64,000 nucleotides of DNA, taken from Eledone cirrhosa. Its lineage: Eukaryota. Positions 1 to 14,325 of the stretch are shown here, piece by piece. The translations under genes were made by a program, and so were the position numbers. The DNA is taken from positions 88,102,001-88,166,000 of the forward strand of contig OZ024746.1 in the NCBI GenBank assembly GCA_964016885.1, in the 5' to 3' direction. The first letter of the stretch is position 1; every line of letters begins with the position of its first letter. The notes under the pieces were generated by a model, which made no database searches, was not told the DNA's origin, and saw nothing but the letters and a program-made list of their open reading frames with translations.

Positions 1-1363
1 GGGGTAAGTATATCTATCCACGTCTAAACATAAATGTGTCTGAATAGACCAATAACGTTCAAAAACCCAGTACAATGCAATAAAATCATTTAAGAGGTAA
101 CGGATGGCAAGTAAAACAAAGCAAATCATATTGTATCCAATATATTTCAACATGATATTTCAGGACTATAAACCCCACATCAAATGTGAAGCACAAAGAA
201 TACCGAACAAAAACATTACTTGGTGTTGTTTTATTTGTCATCATTTGCCCTTTATATATATTTAACACATTGTACCGCCCCCCTGGAAACTGATCAGACT
301 TTTATTACATAACTCACAACGCTTTGTGTTACTAATACGACTTTATAAATATGTGTATTTGTATGAGCGTGCGTTTGTGTGATTGTGTGTATACATAAAA
401 CGATTCATACTTTAATTCTAAAAGAAATACATCATCATTAACTATACGTCAGAAACCATGGAAGTAAATATGAAACAAAGGACAGCGACACGCTGAGACA
501 AAGAATACTTACTCAGACAATATATAATTTTAATTAAATGAGGTGTTGAGACATGGGATATTCGCTTTTAGTAAAACTGAATTATATGAAGAACTTAAGT
601 GATAAATATATTTGTATTTACACGTATATGGATATATAAAGAGTAGTCAGGTTTTTCTAAGAAACTTAGAATGAAATGAAATATAATTGAAGGAACAAGA
701 AATGACAAGATACTAATAATAAGGTAAAGGATGGAGAAGTTTTTACTTGGAAAAATTCTCCAGTGTCAATAATGAAATTTGAATACTAAATACAAAATGT
801 AGCACTCTTAACGGTGGTGGATTTTTTTTTGTATGGAATTTAGCAATAAAGTGACAGCTAACATTCGACTAAGACCCATAAAACCCTTAGCTGTCAAATA
901 TATATGTTTTTCATTCCAACGGAGAAATACACAATACAGTAGCTTAGGAAGAACATTAATTTATAATTTTAAATACGCTTGCAGTCGAATAACCAAAACT
1001 GCACACACTATTTAAAGTAAAGGATCTTCTCTTCTCATAGCGAGTGCATGTGTGTGTGTTATGTATCTATAGGTACGTTGGAATCTGTACAAATACGAGT
1101 GAATCGTGTCATTGAATAAACAGATGCTCCCCCACGCAGAGTATCACATGTGTACATGCATTTTCCTCTTCTATTTTCAAGCACCTGACCGTCGTCGGTC
1201 CTGCCTTCGTTCCGGTATAAAAATTCAAGGAGACCGACGCCTGATGAAAAGGATGAAGGTCAACCTTCGGAGTCCTGATTTCCTTTTCATATTACCCACT
1301 TCACTACACCAAGTATCGAGTAACATGGTGAGTAATGATATAATTCGATTTTACCCCCTACGA

Positions 1364-1403
<40 letters not shown>

Positions 1404-1429
1404 CAAAATGAGATACTGAGATTATATAT

Positions 1430-1868
<439 letters not shown>

Positions 1869-1870
1869 TA

Positions 1871-2307
1871 TACGATATTAATAAGTGGAAACTATATTTA
1901 TAAAACCATATTTATCCCATTATACATATTTCAAGGACACCAAGTTAAATTATGGTGTGCTTTCATCATATAAAATGTAATATAGAACAGTTTTATAAAT
2001 AAATATTGACATACCCTTAAAGAATGTAACCATTACTGTTGGAAGCTCCCGGATAATGGTTGCATTCTTTAAAGGTATGTTAATATTTATTTATAAAACT
2101 GTTCTATATTACATTTTATGTTATGAAAGCACACCATAATTTAACTTGGTGTCCTTGAAATATGTATAATGGGATAAATATTGTTTTATAAATATAGTTT
2201 CCATTTATTAATATCGTATTTTTACTCCAAATATTTGTTGAGTGCTTTATATCAGTTATAAAAAACATTTGCTTGTTGTATCTCAACAATTTAAATAGAA
2301 CTTTACA
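1871..2307. mobile_element. Foldback element (family A) with a decayed hammerhead core in each arm
   Basis: Near-perfect ~165 bp inverted arms at 1871-2036 and 2054-2218. Each arm, read outward, gives TTTTAT-(A/G)T(G/T)ATGA-AAGCACACCA..TGGTGTCCTT-GAAA-T-ATGT-ATA. Bounded by (TA)n. Confidence 0.8.
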
Positions 2308-2330
2308 TATATATATATATATATATTCAT

Positions 2331-2402
<72 letters not shown>

Positions 2403-2514
2403 CCCCACCCTCCCTCAGAGCTCCATTTATTGCTACCACTGTCCACTGGGTTATGGTGAAACACAGTTCTTCGTTTTTTCCTCTTGTATATTTATATATA
2501 TATATGATAATAAT

Positions 2515-2946
2515 GGAGCGGCGGCGTTGCAAATGGGTTACATATGAAAAAGTAAGTCCTTCATCAGTGGCCTTCCAACCGTCCTAGGCATTTCATCACT
2601 TTAAAGGGCATATACCTCAGTTTGGTGCGAACAACGGCAAAAAAAAGTCGTTAGACCTGTGCGAAATTCCTTCCTTGCTCACATTTCAACCAGGTTTGAT
2701 GGTCTTTAGTCTCTCGTTCACGATTTCACCGAGTTTATATTCATAGAAATCTGGGACTTGTCTCTTTCTTCTCACTTTCTGTTGCTTAAACCCTTTTGTT
2801 TGTTCACCCCAGCGTCCCCTTTATTTACGTGTCCCAACGACTTTTTTTAGCCGTTGTTCGCACCAACCTGAGGTATATGGCCTTTAAAGTGATGAAATGC
2901 CTAGGACGGTTGGAAGGCCACTGATGAAGGACTTACTTTTTCATAT
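2515..2946. mobile_element. Inverted-repeat element (family B) with CTGATGAAGG near both tips
   Basis: Arms ~2541-2640 and ~2849-2946 are reverse complements. The left arm plus interior matches 40480-40880. Related copies at 28905-29750 and 62852-63686. Confidence 0.75.
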
Positions 2947-2967
2947 ATATATATATATATGTATATA

Positions 2968-5340
2968 TAGGAACCCATCTAAGGAGCATCCCCACCTCAG
3001 GAAACTAGCCAATAGAATATCTGCACTAAAATACTCAGACGGAAATCTCGTTTATGCGGATAAAACTGGTAACCTCTATAACTTGGATGCAGCAACTTAT
3101 AGAAAACTAATACTGACGGAATAGAGAAATAATTACAGAAAAACTACACAGGCTAACATTGACGAAATTAACGAGCGAACTAATAGAATAGTGAATAAAC
3201 TCAGCATTGCGGATAGGACCAGACCATACCAACTAAAAGAACCCGGTATCTTGCTGAAGGATCACACACCGAACTTCGGAACGTAACCCTCATTCTGACT
3301 TATAGTACCATCAAATTCTCACATAGGATGTATTAGCAAAAGAATACTGGACAGAATCATACCAACACTTTAAAAAAAGATCAAATTACAGCAATGGTCC
3401 AGAACGGGGAGAAGTGATAGGGTGGTTTAACAGTCTGCAGTGCAAAGGTAGGACAATTTTATACAGCTGGATATGTGTAGCTATTATGAATCCATCCTCC
3501 CGCTAGTACGTAACAAGGCACTTATGTTTGCACGCAGGGATACTAATTTAACAAGGGATGAAATTAACAGCATTCATACAGCCAGGAAGTCACTGATAGG
3601 TTTCGAGGGTGAACTCTGTACTAGGAGAGAGTGGCCGCACAATTTTGACATCACGATGGGATCGAGCGACTCGGCGCAGGTTACTGACGTGCTGACCTCT
3701 ACATCTTCAGGGACTTGAAAAGCGAGATCCCATCGTTAGGTGGTGGAATATACCGAGTTTATGCGTTGTTTACGCTCCACGACCATAGCAACAGCATGAT
3801 AAATAGGACTAGAAAAAGATTAACTAGATTTCTCAAAAACCTAGGCCTCAGCATAACATAGAAAATAATGGAAACATAGTCAACTTCATGGATGTTACCC
3901 TCAATCTAGAATCCGACATCTTCTACCTGTACCAGAAGCCGAACGACTGCCTCAAGTACCTACATACCAACTCCAACCATCCCGCGTTAGTTAAGAGGGC
4001 CATAGTTAATAGCGTATCCTGTAGGATTTCTTTCAGCTAGCGATGAAACCTTCCATAGCGTAGCTGGCTATTATAATAATGCCCTTAATAATGCATGTTA
4101 CAAGGAAGAAATTAATTTTATACCCAGTCTAATGAATTACGTTACCGCTGACTGTAACACATCGGTAGCACACAACGACGGGTCCAACACGACTAGGACT
4201 TCATTACTCATCCCTGATACCAAACTACAAAATCATCCTGGAGGAACTGCTAACCACGGATTATCAAGAAGGGACCAGACCTCACCTACAATGTAAAACA
4301 AGGTACCCGATGTGACGGAATCGTAGAGGACATATGTGGGCTCTGGGGTGAGCGTAGAAGGTACGAACCGCTTCACTCGCTATGAAGGGGGACCAATCAG
4401 TTCCGGGTGCTCCGCTCGGCTTAACCAACACCATGGGCAACGACAAATTTGGGGCCATGGCTCTCCCCAGACGTCCGCAGCGAATACGTAACACATACTC
4501 TGACGGAACGGGTACAGGGACTGCTGACTTTAACAGGAAGCGAGCCCATACCCATAATGCTATTTGGATTAACTCCCCTTCTCCGCCGGTTTACGCAACA
4601 ACATAGCCGCCTCTTTCTTCAGGGCTTTGGATAATCACTTCCATAAGCAACACCGGTACCACGGCATTTTCAACAGGCACACAATTAAATTGTCCTACTC
4701 CACAACTAGAAACCTAGCGCAAAATATAGAAACCATAAACCCCAGTAGATTAAAAAAATCTACGCAACTCCAGGGGAAACAGCAACCCTGAGGAGACGCA
4801 CCACGCAAATTCCTCTTCGACTGTTAGGATCGGGGAATAATTAAAACGCTATCCGGAGATCCAGGCTGTAATTGTAGAAACCCAGTATCTACCCCCTGGA
4901 GGGTAGGTCCCTCGGCAGTGGCTTAGTATATGAATGTAGAGTGAATACCAACAACCAAACCATCACCTATATCGGAGCCACTACTAATAGATTTAAGGAA
5001 CGCTGGTCAATCATTGCCACACCTTTAGGAGAGTTGATAAGAAACACAGCACCACCCTCTCAGAACTGGTGTGGCGTCTCAAGCATGATAATTTAGAATA
5101 AACCTTGTCTTGGTCCAAGCTAGCCTCAGCCCAACACTACAGAGAGGGTGCACATGACTCGTGCGATTTGTGTGTCACAGAGATTATGGAAATAATCGAG
5201 AGGGAAGCTCGAGTTATCAATGAAAGAAGTAACCTCTTCATCACCTGCTTCCACGGATCATCTGGAATCTTCCTCAAACTGTACGGACTAAGAACATTGT
5301 TGTACTCGTTGAAGATTATTGCAAAGTTGACCGTGGAACC
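2968..5340 (+). pseudogene. Decayed Penelope-like retroelement, RT plus C-terminal GIY-YIG endonuclease (Nematis-like motif set)
   Basis: Motifs across frames: YADKTGNLY, LKDH, SKRILDRI, QLDMCSYYESI, RKSL, FDITMGSSDSAQ, GIYRVY (degenerate YRDD), VNFMDVTLNL, YQKPN..SNHP, IFNRHTIKLSYS, CNCR, VYEC..YIGATTNRFKER, LSELVWRLK, CDLC. Many stops and frameshifts. Confidence 0.9.
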
Positions 5341-5754
5341 CGGGCGTGGCCACACAACAATCCCAGCGTCAGCCGAACCTTGTATATCTTGTATGCACAC
5401 CTGGAGTCTCTGTGTGTACATGTTTCATTTCCCTTGTTCCTTATTCTGTTTATATACCTACTGTTGTTTTTTTATGCATTCTTGTCCCGTTCTTATATTA
5501 TTATGTTCCCTATATGTGTTCTCGAATTCTTATCTGCTTGTTCCAGTCCCTAATTTCACTTCCCGTAACTCACTTCCATAGCCTAACAACCCTTTTAATA
5601 GTACTGTTGCCACTGTAGTTAAGACTGAATGCTATTGTGGTTAACCGTTTTTTTTCTGCACTGTAATTATTGCTAGCCTTGTGCCTTAGAATGATAGACA
5701 GGACTGTATTAACTGTGCATGTATTTATTTATATATATATAAATATATATCTAT

Positions 5755-6365
5755 ATTCCTATCCCATTTTCTCTACCTTGTTTCAACGGACTACTATTGT
5801 GGATTAGTTTATTTTTCATGGAAGCGCGGACTTTTCCTGTTGCCGCCGTCATCGTGGTGGGATCATCACTGGTGTTGTTGTTATGGTTATTGGTGTTACC
5901 AATGGGCTTAATACTAATATAAATGATACCACCTCTACTACCACGAACGAGATAGGTGATGGGCGGTGTTGGTGTGTGTTGCCGTTACCATTGCTGTTGT
6001 TGCTATATATGGTCATGGTGATTGATACCACCAATTCTGTGTACCCACCTACCTCTGAACTCCTTTTTATTGCTTTGGCGTTATCGCCGTTATTGTCGAC
6101 AGGGTGATACCGTCACTACGATTGCTACGGCCTATGTAAACGAACGAAGCTGGTCTGTGTTTTTGCTGTTGTTGTCGTTGTTGATGTTGTTGTTGTAAGT
6201 GTTTACTGTAGCTGTTGCTTTAGTTGTTGTCAGTAGGGTGGTGGTAAAATTACGACTATGGCGGCCAGTGTGGACAATATTGGTCGGCGGTTTGCTGTTA
6301 TTGTCGTTAATGTTGTTGCGTTGGTGTTGTTGGTGTTGTTGTTGTTGTCCATAGGTGATTTTCAA
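5755..6365 (-). pseudogene. Probable 5' (Asn/Thr-rich N-terminal) part of a Penelope-like ORF
   Basis: On the minus strand it follows the pLTR-like repeat 6660-6370. Starts ATG GAC AAC AAC and ends with SMKN..NKVEK-like residues resembling the N-terminus of this PLE group. Confidence 0.45.
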
Positions 6366-6369
6366 CAAA

Positions 6370-6660
6370 ATATATACCCACCCTCCTTCCGAGCTTCATT
6401 TAGTGCTCCACTGTCAACTGGGCATTGAATACACACAGTTCTTCGTTTTTTTCGACTTTTTCGTTGATAGCTTTTTCTAACAAACACGACGGCTGGCAAA
6501 CTCATATGTCTGTTGGACACACAAGCTATAGGACTTATTAAACATATCGGTTTTTCATCTCAGGAAACCGTTCTCATAATCAACAACAAATGCATGAAGC
6601 ACATCTTGATTGCATGGAGAACAGTGGAAACAATTGTAATGATTAAACGAAATATGTAAC
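6370..6660 (-). repeat. Penelope pseudo-LTR-like repeat
   Basis: Inverted, diverged copy of 1430-1738; same orientation as 2396-2485. Confidence 0.75.
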
Positions 6661-6769
6661 CTCAGCATCCTATTTTGTTATTTTTATAAAATTCTCCATC
6701 GTAGCTAAACACACAGATTGTTGAGAGCTTTCTCCCGCTTACTCCTTTTACCAAAACAATATTTTCCGA

Positions 6770-6842
<73 letters not shown>

Positions 6843-9187
6843 TAACTATACCATAACGCTATATAACTGTTTTTGATAGATAAACATCTCATTGGAAGTA
6901 TAAGATATATTAATAAATTATCAAGCAAAAGAAGTACCAAAATATATAATAGAGTTAAGTCCAAATCCCTTTTTTGGGGATATAAGGAAAAGTCGGCTTT
7001 AAGTTATATAATATCCCTGCCGTGTTGTCCGGAAATCCAAATAGAACATCAGTAATACCAAGACATTTGATTGTCCAATATCGGAAGAATTTAAATTTCT
7101 TTAACTTGTGGTCTATTCTTAGAAATAATGGTACACGTTCAAAATATATCATATTTGGTTGCTAAAGCACATGTTAAACACGGAGTTATACCGATGAATT
7201 ACTATATTAATATATCCCACCACCCGGGGACGAGTTGATTATATATCATACGAACCATGCCGTTAGTTGACTGTATGGTGAAACATGTCGCAACGATGAA
7301 TTACTGTATGGCTATTTCCGATTTAATGTACAAAACGACAGGCTCATATTGATGCTGGGAATTGTATACCATATTTATATATGTATCTGGAGAAAATCAT
7401 TGGTCAATAAGGCCCATACAAACCATTTGGTATTTCACTAGAGATTACTTATTAGCTAGGCAACTAATCCATTGCACGGTCAGGTTATTAAATATATCGT
7501 TGTTTATTTGTTATACTTTAGTGGTGTAACATCTTTCTGCATATGATCTCTGACCTTTATAAGAATATCCATGCTATTTTGTCTCATATTAGTTCTGATT
7601 TTAATCATTCTCCTCTGTATTGTCCTTTTCTGGCGTGTAAAGTTTATACATATGTATGTTTATGTTTGTGTATGTAAGCTAGTGTACAGCTATGTAACAA
7701 GTTTGTATGCTCGGCATGTGTAACGATGTGTTCATGTGCGTCTGTATACCGTTTACTTTCTCCAAGTATTCGTGCTTCAATGTGTGTTTTATTCTGCGAC
7801 GGTGTAACTTGGTAGTTATTATTATATTCTTATATTCTATCGAGGGTTGTGTCCGTCTACCTATTATGCTATATATTGCATTTCTACAATTGCAATGTAT
7901 CTGGGCTATTGCCGTGTATACTATACAGTACCGATAGATAGGGTATATATTTTTTTTTAAATTACATTCTGCTGATCAAGGCGTTTCTGGAAATTTCTGG
8001 CATTACTACTATACTAATTTCAGTTTTATTTTATCTTCTAAATCCATGAAAAAGTTCGTTATTGCGGGTATGGTCGATGAAGAGCAAACACACGTATCTT
8101 GGGTTTTCATACACCGATTGACATAATTTGCGCATATATATGAGGCATTCTCCATAAAGCATATTTTATATAACTGCGGGTACATTTCCCCACTAGGATC
8201 ATGCCATATGTCTCTGTTAACTGAGATACCAAGATCTGAATATAACCCAGGCTCCTGGCCCATCCACCCATTTCATAACGTGGATCTTCAGAAAGCAAAC
8301 TCGAACGCAATTACTAATGATATTTCACATGTGTGTTCACTGGTATTCCTATACACCATCCTTTCCATCAACATAACAGCATCGGGGCAAATATTTGTGG
8401 ACACTGTTACAAATGTATGTGCAAATCATCAATATACTGGAACACAACTTAATGCAGAATTCATAAAAATACAAAAAGAAACTATTTTTAGAAAAATAAA
8501 ATGAATTAAGAAAAATTTCACCAAACTAAAAGACTGCCTTTAGAAAGATAACGATTCGACTGATAATAGACTGAGTGAATCAAACTATATAATTTCAAAT
8601 CGTGTATGATGACCATCATCAAGCATCAAATGATTTCTCAAGAAGAGTGAGCCACTGAGAATTGGCCAGCTGGTTGATGGAAATAACACTCTCCATGATG
8701 ATGCTATAGCCATGGCTGCTGAAAATAATACTGCTGTTTTCAGCAACCTTGATATGGTTGGTCTGGGGTATAGGTGATGTTAACCGCCAACACACAATAT
8801 ATGACGTGACGTTTGGCGCCTCTGATATGTTAGAAGCAATAAACAAATATAAATGTAATTTCACAATAGTGAAGCCCTCATGGAATCCATCCAAATGAGA
8901 GACAAATCAGAATAATTATTGATACTTAAAACTTTCCCGTCGAGGCATATCCACAACATCATCCTCCACTTCTCTATCTTTCCTCGGATCCAACTTGAAT
9001 ATTTTGGTCTCCTCACACGAAACAGAGTATTACTAAAAACGATACACCACACATGTCAATTACAAAAATGATAGAAGGCATTTACAGGCCTTTACTATAG
9101 AGGTCGAGTAGATAACAATCCATCTCTACCCTCTCCAAAGTAGCTGCGTGCCCTACATCATCTTTGATATGTAGCATATTCCATCAG

Positions 9188-9337
9188 CATTGCTAATATG
9201 ATAATGGCATCAACTTTGATATCCACCTAAGGCTTGGTCTTCACGCTATTAGTGAAGACCAAGCCTTTGGTGGATATCAAAGTTGATGCCATTATCATAT
9301 TAGCAATGATAATGGCATCAACTTTGATATCCACCAA
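9188..9337. repeat. Near-perfect 57-bp-arm hairpin followed by a third partial copy (micro inverted triplication)
   Basis: Arms 9188-9244 and 9252-9308 differ by one mismatch, with a 7-nt loop GCTATTA. 9306-9335 repeats 9198-9227. Confidence 0.9.
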
Positions 9338-11210
9338 TACATGAATAAAACTTACATCTCATAACAATATTAACACACAACTACTTCAAATCATCTTGTG
9401 ACGCTCTATTTAATATCCTATCTAAACGCCTGAACGTAGAGTTGTGTAGTAGTTTATGGCGAATGTTAATGATTTCTCTTCAAGGAATGTGCTGTGGGTT
9501 AGCCGCCCTGCCAACAATAGAGAATACTTGCACGATTGATTACGACTTCGATTGGAGTAGAGTGTTGAAACTCAAATCATTTCTACAGTACATATTAATT
9601 TTGTAATTATTTAAAAGTAAGCTAACGAAAGCATTCGTTGACATGTTGAATTTATGAGGATAGACATATCCTTTCTACCACATTCATATCTGGTGAAGGT
9701 ATATATATACATCCCACCCTATCATAAGTTTAAATGATATGATTCTTAGTCTGAGTAATCGACACGTTTTCTGCTACAGAACGTAAAGGCCCGGAACGGG
9801 TATCGCATAACATGCTGTCCGAATCCCTAAAAATTCATAACATGATTGAAAGCAATTGTTATTTCTGTTGAATTCTTAACTCTAAAAGCATAGAGCCTGT
9901 CCTTATACATATGACCATACCAACTGAACCTCTTTCAGCGGTTAATAAACAATAAAATATTTGGATATTATGAAATGTAAAATGTATGTTTAATGATCAA
10001 AAAATATTTTCTTAAATATGAAATGCAAATATTTGTATACACGCAATACTTAAATTTATTGCTTGTTGTCAAAGACAGCGATATATTATGAGAGTGTGTA
10101 AGTCATAAATTTTACCATATCTAGAACTTTAAACCACACCGTATTTTTATTACTGATTCTCTACATATAACTTTTAAATACTTAAAGTTTTCGTCTTCTG
10201 TTTGCTCTAGTATTAATGGATCCCAAATTGTCTAAAAATACAGAACAAAACTCAAAAAAGAAATCTAAAATAAATTTTAAAGTATAAACGAGGAAAACGT
10301 AATGTCATTATCAAACAGAAAACCCCTACCGACATCTAACAAATATACAAGTAATTTACATACTGCTTACTTAACAACATATACACACGTACAAATGAAT
10401 CAAAATATAATCTTAACATTAAATATTGAATAATGTTTAGCAAATAAAACTAAGAATGAAGCGATTATTCACCACGCCGAAGAGGTTAGAGGATTTGTGT
10501 GGTTATTATAAAGAAGTGTATGCTTGTTTCGTGAAACATGAAGAGACATTCAACTATGTTCAATGGGAATTATAATGGGTTATTGTGAAGGACCATACGA
10601 CTGCTAGTTAGTTTCTTGTTGCAATGAAGTCCTTATCAACAATACCCTCGTATCTTCCTAATATTTAAAACCCGAATTGACATGTCGGATGTGAGTTGGG
10701 TTCAATTGGAATGGATGTAACAGAATCATTTTCACACTTGGTGTAAAGTAGAGTTAAATGGATGAAAACTAGGGGTTGTACGGCTTTTCGATATACGACC
10801 TGCGCATCTTGTTTAAAAACTATTTTATCGAAATCCCTTCGGAGGTAGCCACAGGTTGGGAGTTTCTCTTGGCTATAGTATTATTTCTATCATTATATAT
10901 AATCCATGACTATATTTAGAGAGGGGTACGAAAAGCGAGTGTGGCCTTTGCACCCACATCGACTCTTCGATGCCCGAAAACCGTTACTCGTTGAAGATGT
11001 TGATTTTCAATTATTTGTTAGTCTCTAGACCAGCTATAATTCAGTTCATGATTATCACTAGTTGTTTGTCTTGATGAAGATATATAATTATTTCGATCAT
11101 AGCAGTGATGCAGACTGCGCTTGAGGTGACGATACATATACTATTGGAGTTAATGATAATTAGTGGGTTTTAGTATCCAGTCGCAACCACATATATTTAC
11201 ATACTGGAAC

Positions 11211-11255
<45 letters not shown>

Positions 11256-11339
11256 TATGTACACGCGGCCACCCACCACGCACACACATACACACACATA
11301 CAAACATACACACTCAAACACACACACAAACACATACAT

Positions 11340-11385
<46 letters not shown>

Positions 11386-11891
11386 AGTGTAATGAATTCT
11401 TTTACAATGGAATTAGCTCAAAGAAAGAAATATTTCTGAGCCGTGTATAAACTAATATATATGATGAAACACAAATACCAACATATCTGTATTTATATTG
11501 CAAAAGAGAATTTAGCCAGAATGAAGTATATTAATTATAACATTACAGTTTGTCCATATCGATTTAAAATAATAAATCAACAAAGACGAACTGTATTGCC
11601 AAATGTCCATGATGTTTAGACACATTTAAATTTCAAAATCAAACCTGTTCCGTAGATAAGTTTAAACTTTAAAATCCAAATATGTTTCGAGATGAAAAAT
11701 GTAAGGAATATCATGTCCTGCTCTCTTCTGTAAACATCCAGGGACAAATTGATATGCTTCACTTCTAAATAATTTAAAAGACTGTGTAACGCACATGGTT
11801 CCCAGTTTCTAGCTAGCCTCATAACCGTACTGCTAGAAATAACAGCCGTATATATGAGGCTACATTCAACTCGACCTAACGAGCAATTATA

Positions 11892-11962
<71 letters not shown>

Positions 11963-11964
<2 letters not shown>

Positions 11965-12569
11965 TGGCTGCCAATTCGTTTTCGAGTACGGCCACTACTT
12001 TATATCCATGTAGGAGAAACCCTACCGATGCGCTGAACGAGTGTGACTTTTTAGTCCAGCCAGTGACTTGAAAACTCTGGTACAAACACTACACTCGTGA
12101 CAATTATTGACACATAGTGCTGGGCCCATGGTACCATGTGACGACAATTGCAGAGAGATCTCCAAATACAAACCAATGCCTGTGCCGTGAAGCTTTTAGA
12201 GTGAGCAAAGGCACTGCACAAAGCCAGTCCCACTCTCTTAACCAAGATGATATTTACCAAAAAGAAGAACAAGTCAACATCATTGGATACCATCAGGGTT
12301 GCAGGTGTTATATCAGAATTTTCCATCTCCTAGAATTCTGCCTTGACAAAGGCTAAGGGGTCATCTCTCCTGGTGATTTTGGATGGCCATTGACTCTTAA
12401 GAGCTCCTTTGCCCTTTGACAGGTTTTGTTTTTAGTCCTGCAGGATGTCCAAAGTCACCCTCCTCACCAAACAACCTTGGTGGGGTTGCCAGTTTAGTCG
12501 CCAACGACGCGACCATGAGACAGGTTGTACTGGGATACATGTTACCAGTAGCACCAACTGTTGACCTGA
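11963..12569 (-). mobile_element. Probable 5' end of an RTE-type LINE
   Basis: GC-richer block directly downstream (minus strand) of an RTE tail and (TACA)n. The GGCAACCCC..AAAACCTG-type leader resembles RTE 5' UTRs. No decisive protein motif. Confidence 0.4.
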
Positions 12570-12655
12570 CATACATACATACATACATACATACATACAT
12601 ACATACATACATACATACATACATACATACATACATACATACATACATACATACA
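12570..12655. repeat. (TACA)n microsatellite
   Basis: Directly visible perfect tetranucleotide array. Confidence 0.98.
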
Positions 12656-12754
12656 TGATGATGGCTGCCCCCTCCTTATCGAGTATGGCCATTGCACGAG
12701 GAGGAAAACAAATATTAATAAATAAATAAAAAAATAAAATAAAATAAAAATAAA

Positions 12755-12788
<34 letters not shown>

Positions 12789-13635
12789 ATATACATATAT
12801 ACACACACATATATATACATACACACATATACATTAATAACAATAATAATAATAAAAATAATAACAATAATAATAACAACGACAACAACAACAATAATAA
12901 TATACATATACATATATATATACACACACACGCGCACACATAAACACATCTATACACACACGCACACACGATAGCAACTAACAGCGCTGCGATCGAATGT
13001 GGCTTTTTAGCCCAGCCAATGATCTAAAATGTCTTGCACAGAGCCGGCAATTAAAACATTCACTGGGAATAGCCGGCTGTGGTTGGAGTTCATGTACTTT
13101 TGCATGTCGCTTGAACCTTCCTACTGATTTAATTTCTCTACCACATGTTTGGCAAGCATGATGTGTATCATCTCCAACAGCAGCCTAGTAGTCAACCACT
13201 GGTCTTACTTTATGACTGCGAAGATTACTTTCGGATCCAGCTTTGCTTAGGCAGGGTCTCGCACAGACGCTGCATGTCAGCACCATAGGAGGACCCTCGC
13301 CATCTGGAATGGCAACAGCAATGCCCTTCCTCACATCCCGCTTTACTTTCTCATATGCGATTTGAGATGCCTCAAAGGCAACTTTTCCCTCATATACAGT
13401 CTTTCTCCATTTATTACGATCAGCAGCAATATTTTCCCATGTATCAGCAGAGATGTTAGCGTCTTTCAAAGAGGCTTTCAAGGAATCCTTATACCTCTTT
13501 TTTGGTTTATGTGGCGGTCGTTTCACTTTAACAAACTCTCCATAAAAGAGTTGTTTTGGTATGCGAGAATCCTTCATCCTGGCAAGGTGACCACTCCAAC
13601 GGACTCGTTGCTTAAGCACAAGAGCTTCTATACTA
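12655..13635 (-). pseudogene. 3' end of an RTE-clade LINE with C-terminal C2H2-like zinc fingers
   Basis: ORF 13185-13673 contains RWSGHLARMKDSRIPKQLFYGE..KRYKDSLK..WE..A.DR.KWR, then CSVC..H, CQTC..H and CRLC..H. The 3' tail GGCAGCCATCATCA at ~12655-12708 is separated from the body by simple repeats. Confidence 0.88.
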
Positions 13636-13717
13636 TATATATATATATGCATATATACAGAACGAAATATCATATATATGAACTTTCCTTTTGGTTAACA
13701 TGAATCAAATCCACTAT

Positions 13718-13803
<86 letters not shown>

Positions 13804-14113
13804 GTATACACTGGTGGAAACAAGCAGTACGTCTATTTGTAAGCATTGATGATATTTTATTTCGCGTTTGTCAGACAAAGCAACACGTACATTGAAAACT
13901 CTTCTAATTAATTCTACCGCTTAATTAATTTTCTGCGCTATATTTTACGTCTCAATTATTTTTCAGTTTACCATCATGTTTTTTGTAATTTATTTCTTTT
14001 AATATCTAACAATTTTGTTTTCCTACACACACAATTTCAACTTAAATCTAAACATGAATACTATTCTCTAGTTTTCTGTATTTACATTTGTGGTGTTGTA
14101 CATTTTTCAATAG

Positions 14114-14206
14114 CTGATATTGTTTTCGGGTTTTCGTGTTGATGGACATGTTGAATATCAGAGTTCAGCTAATTATTTCCAACCGTCAAGCAAACTGATT
14201 ATAAAG
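14114..14206 (+). CDS. Candidate internal exon of an unidentified host gene (LILFSGFRVDGHVEYQSSANYFQPSSKLIIK)
   Basis: tttttcaatag| acceptor, AAG|gtatgt donor, 93 nt, open in phase 0, unique-looking sequence. Confidence 0.4.
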
Positions 14207-14289
14207 GTATGTTGCACCATCCTATGAACTAATACACTTATACAGACACAGAGGCACGGGTGTATATTAGTGGCCATTAACGCCAGGGG

Positions 14290-14325
<36 letters not shown>

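Noticed and set aside
2968-5340. Possible selenoprotein-coding (Naiad-type) Penelope via in-frame stops
   Set aside because: Stops are mixed TAG/TAA/TGA with frameshifts, and the endonuclease is C-terminal; this is ordinary decay.
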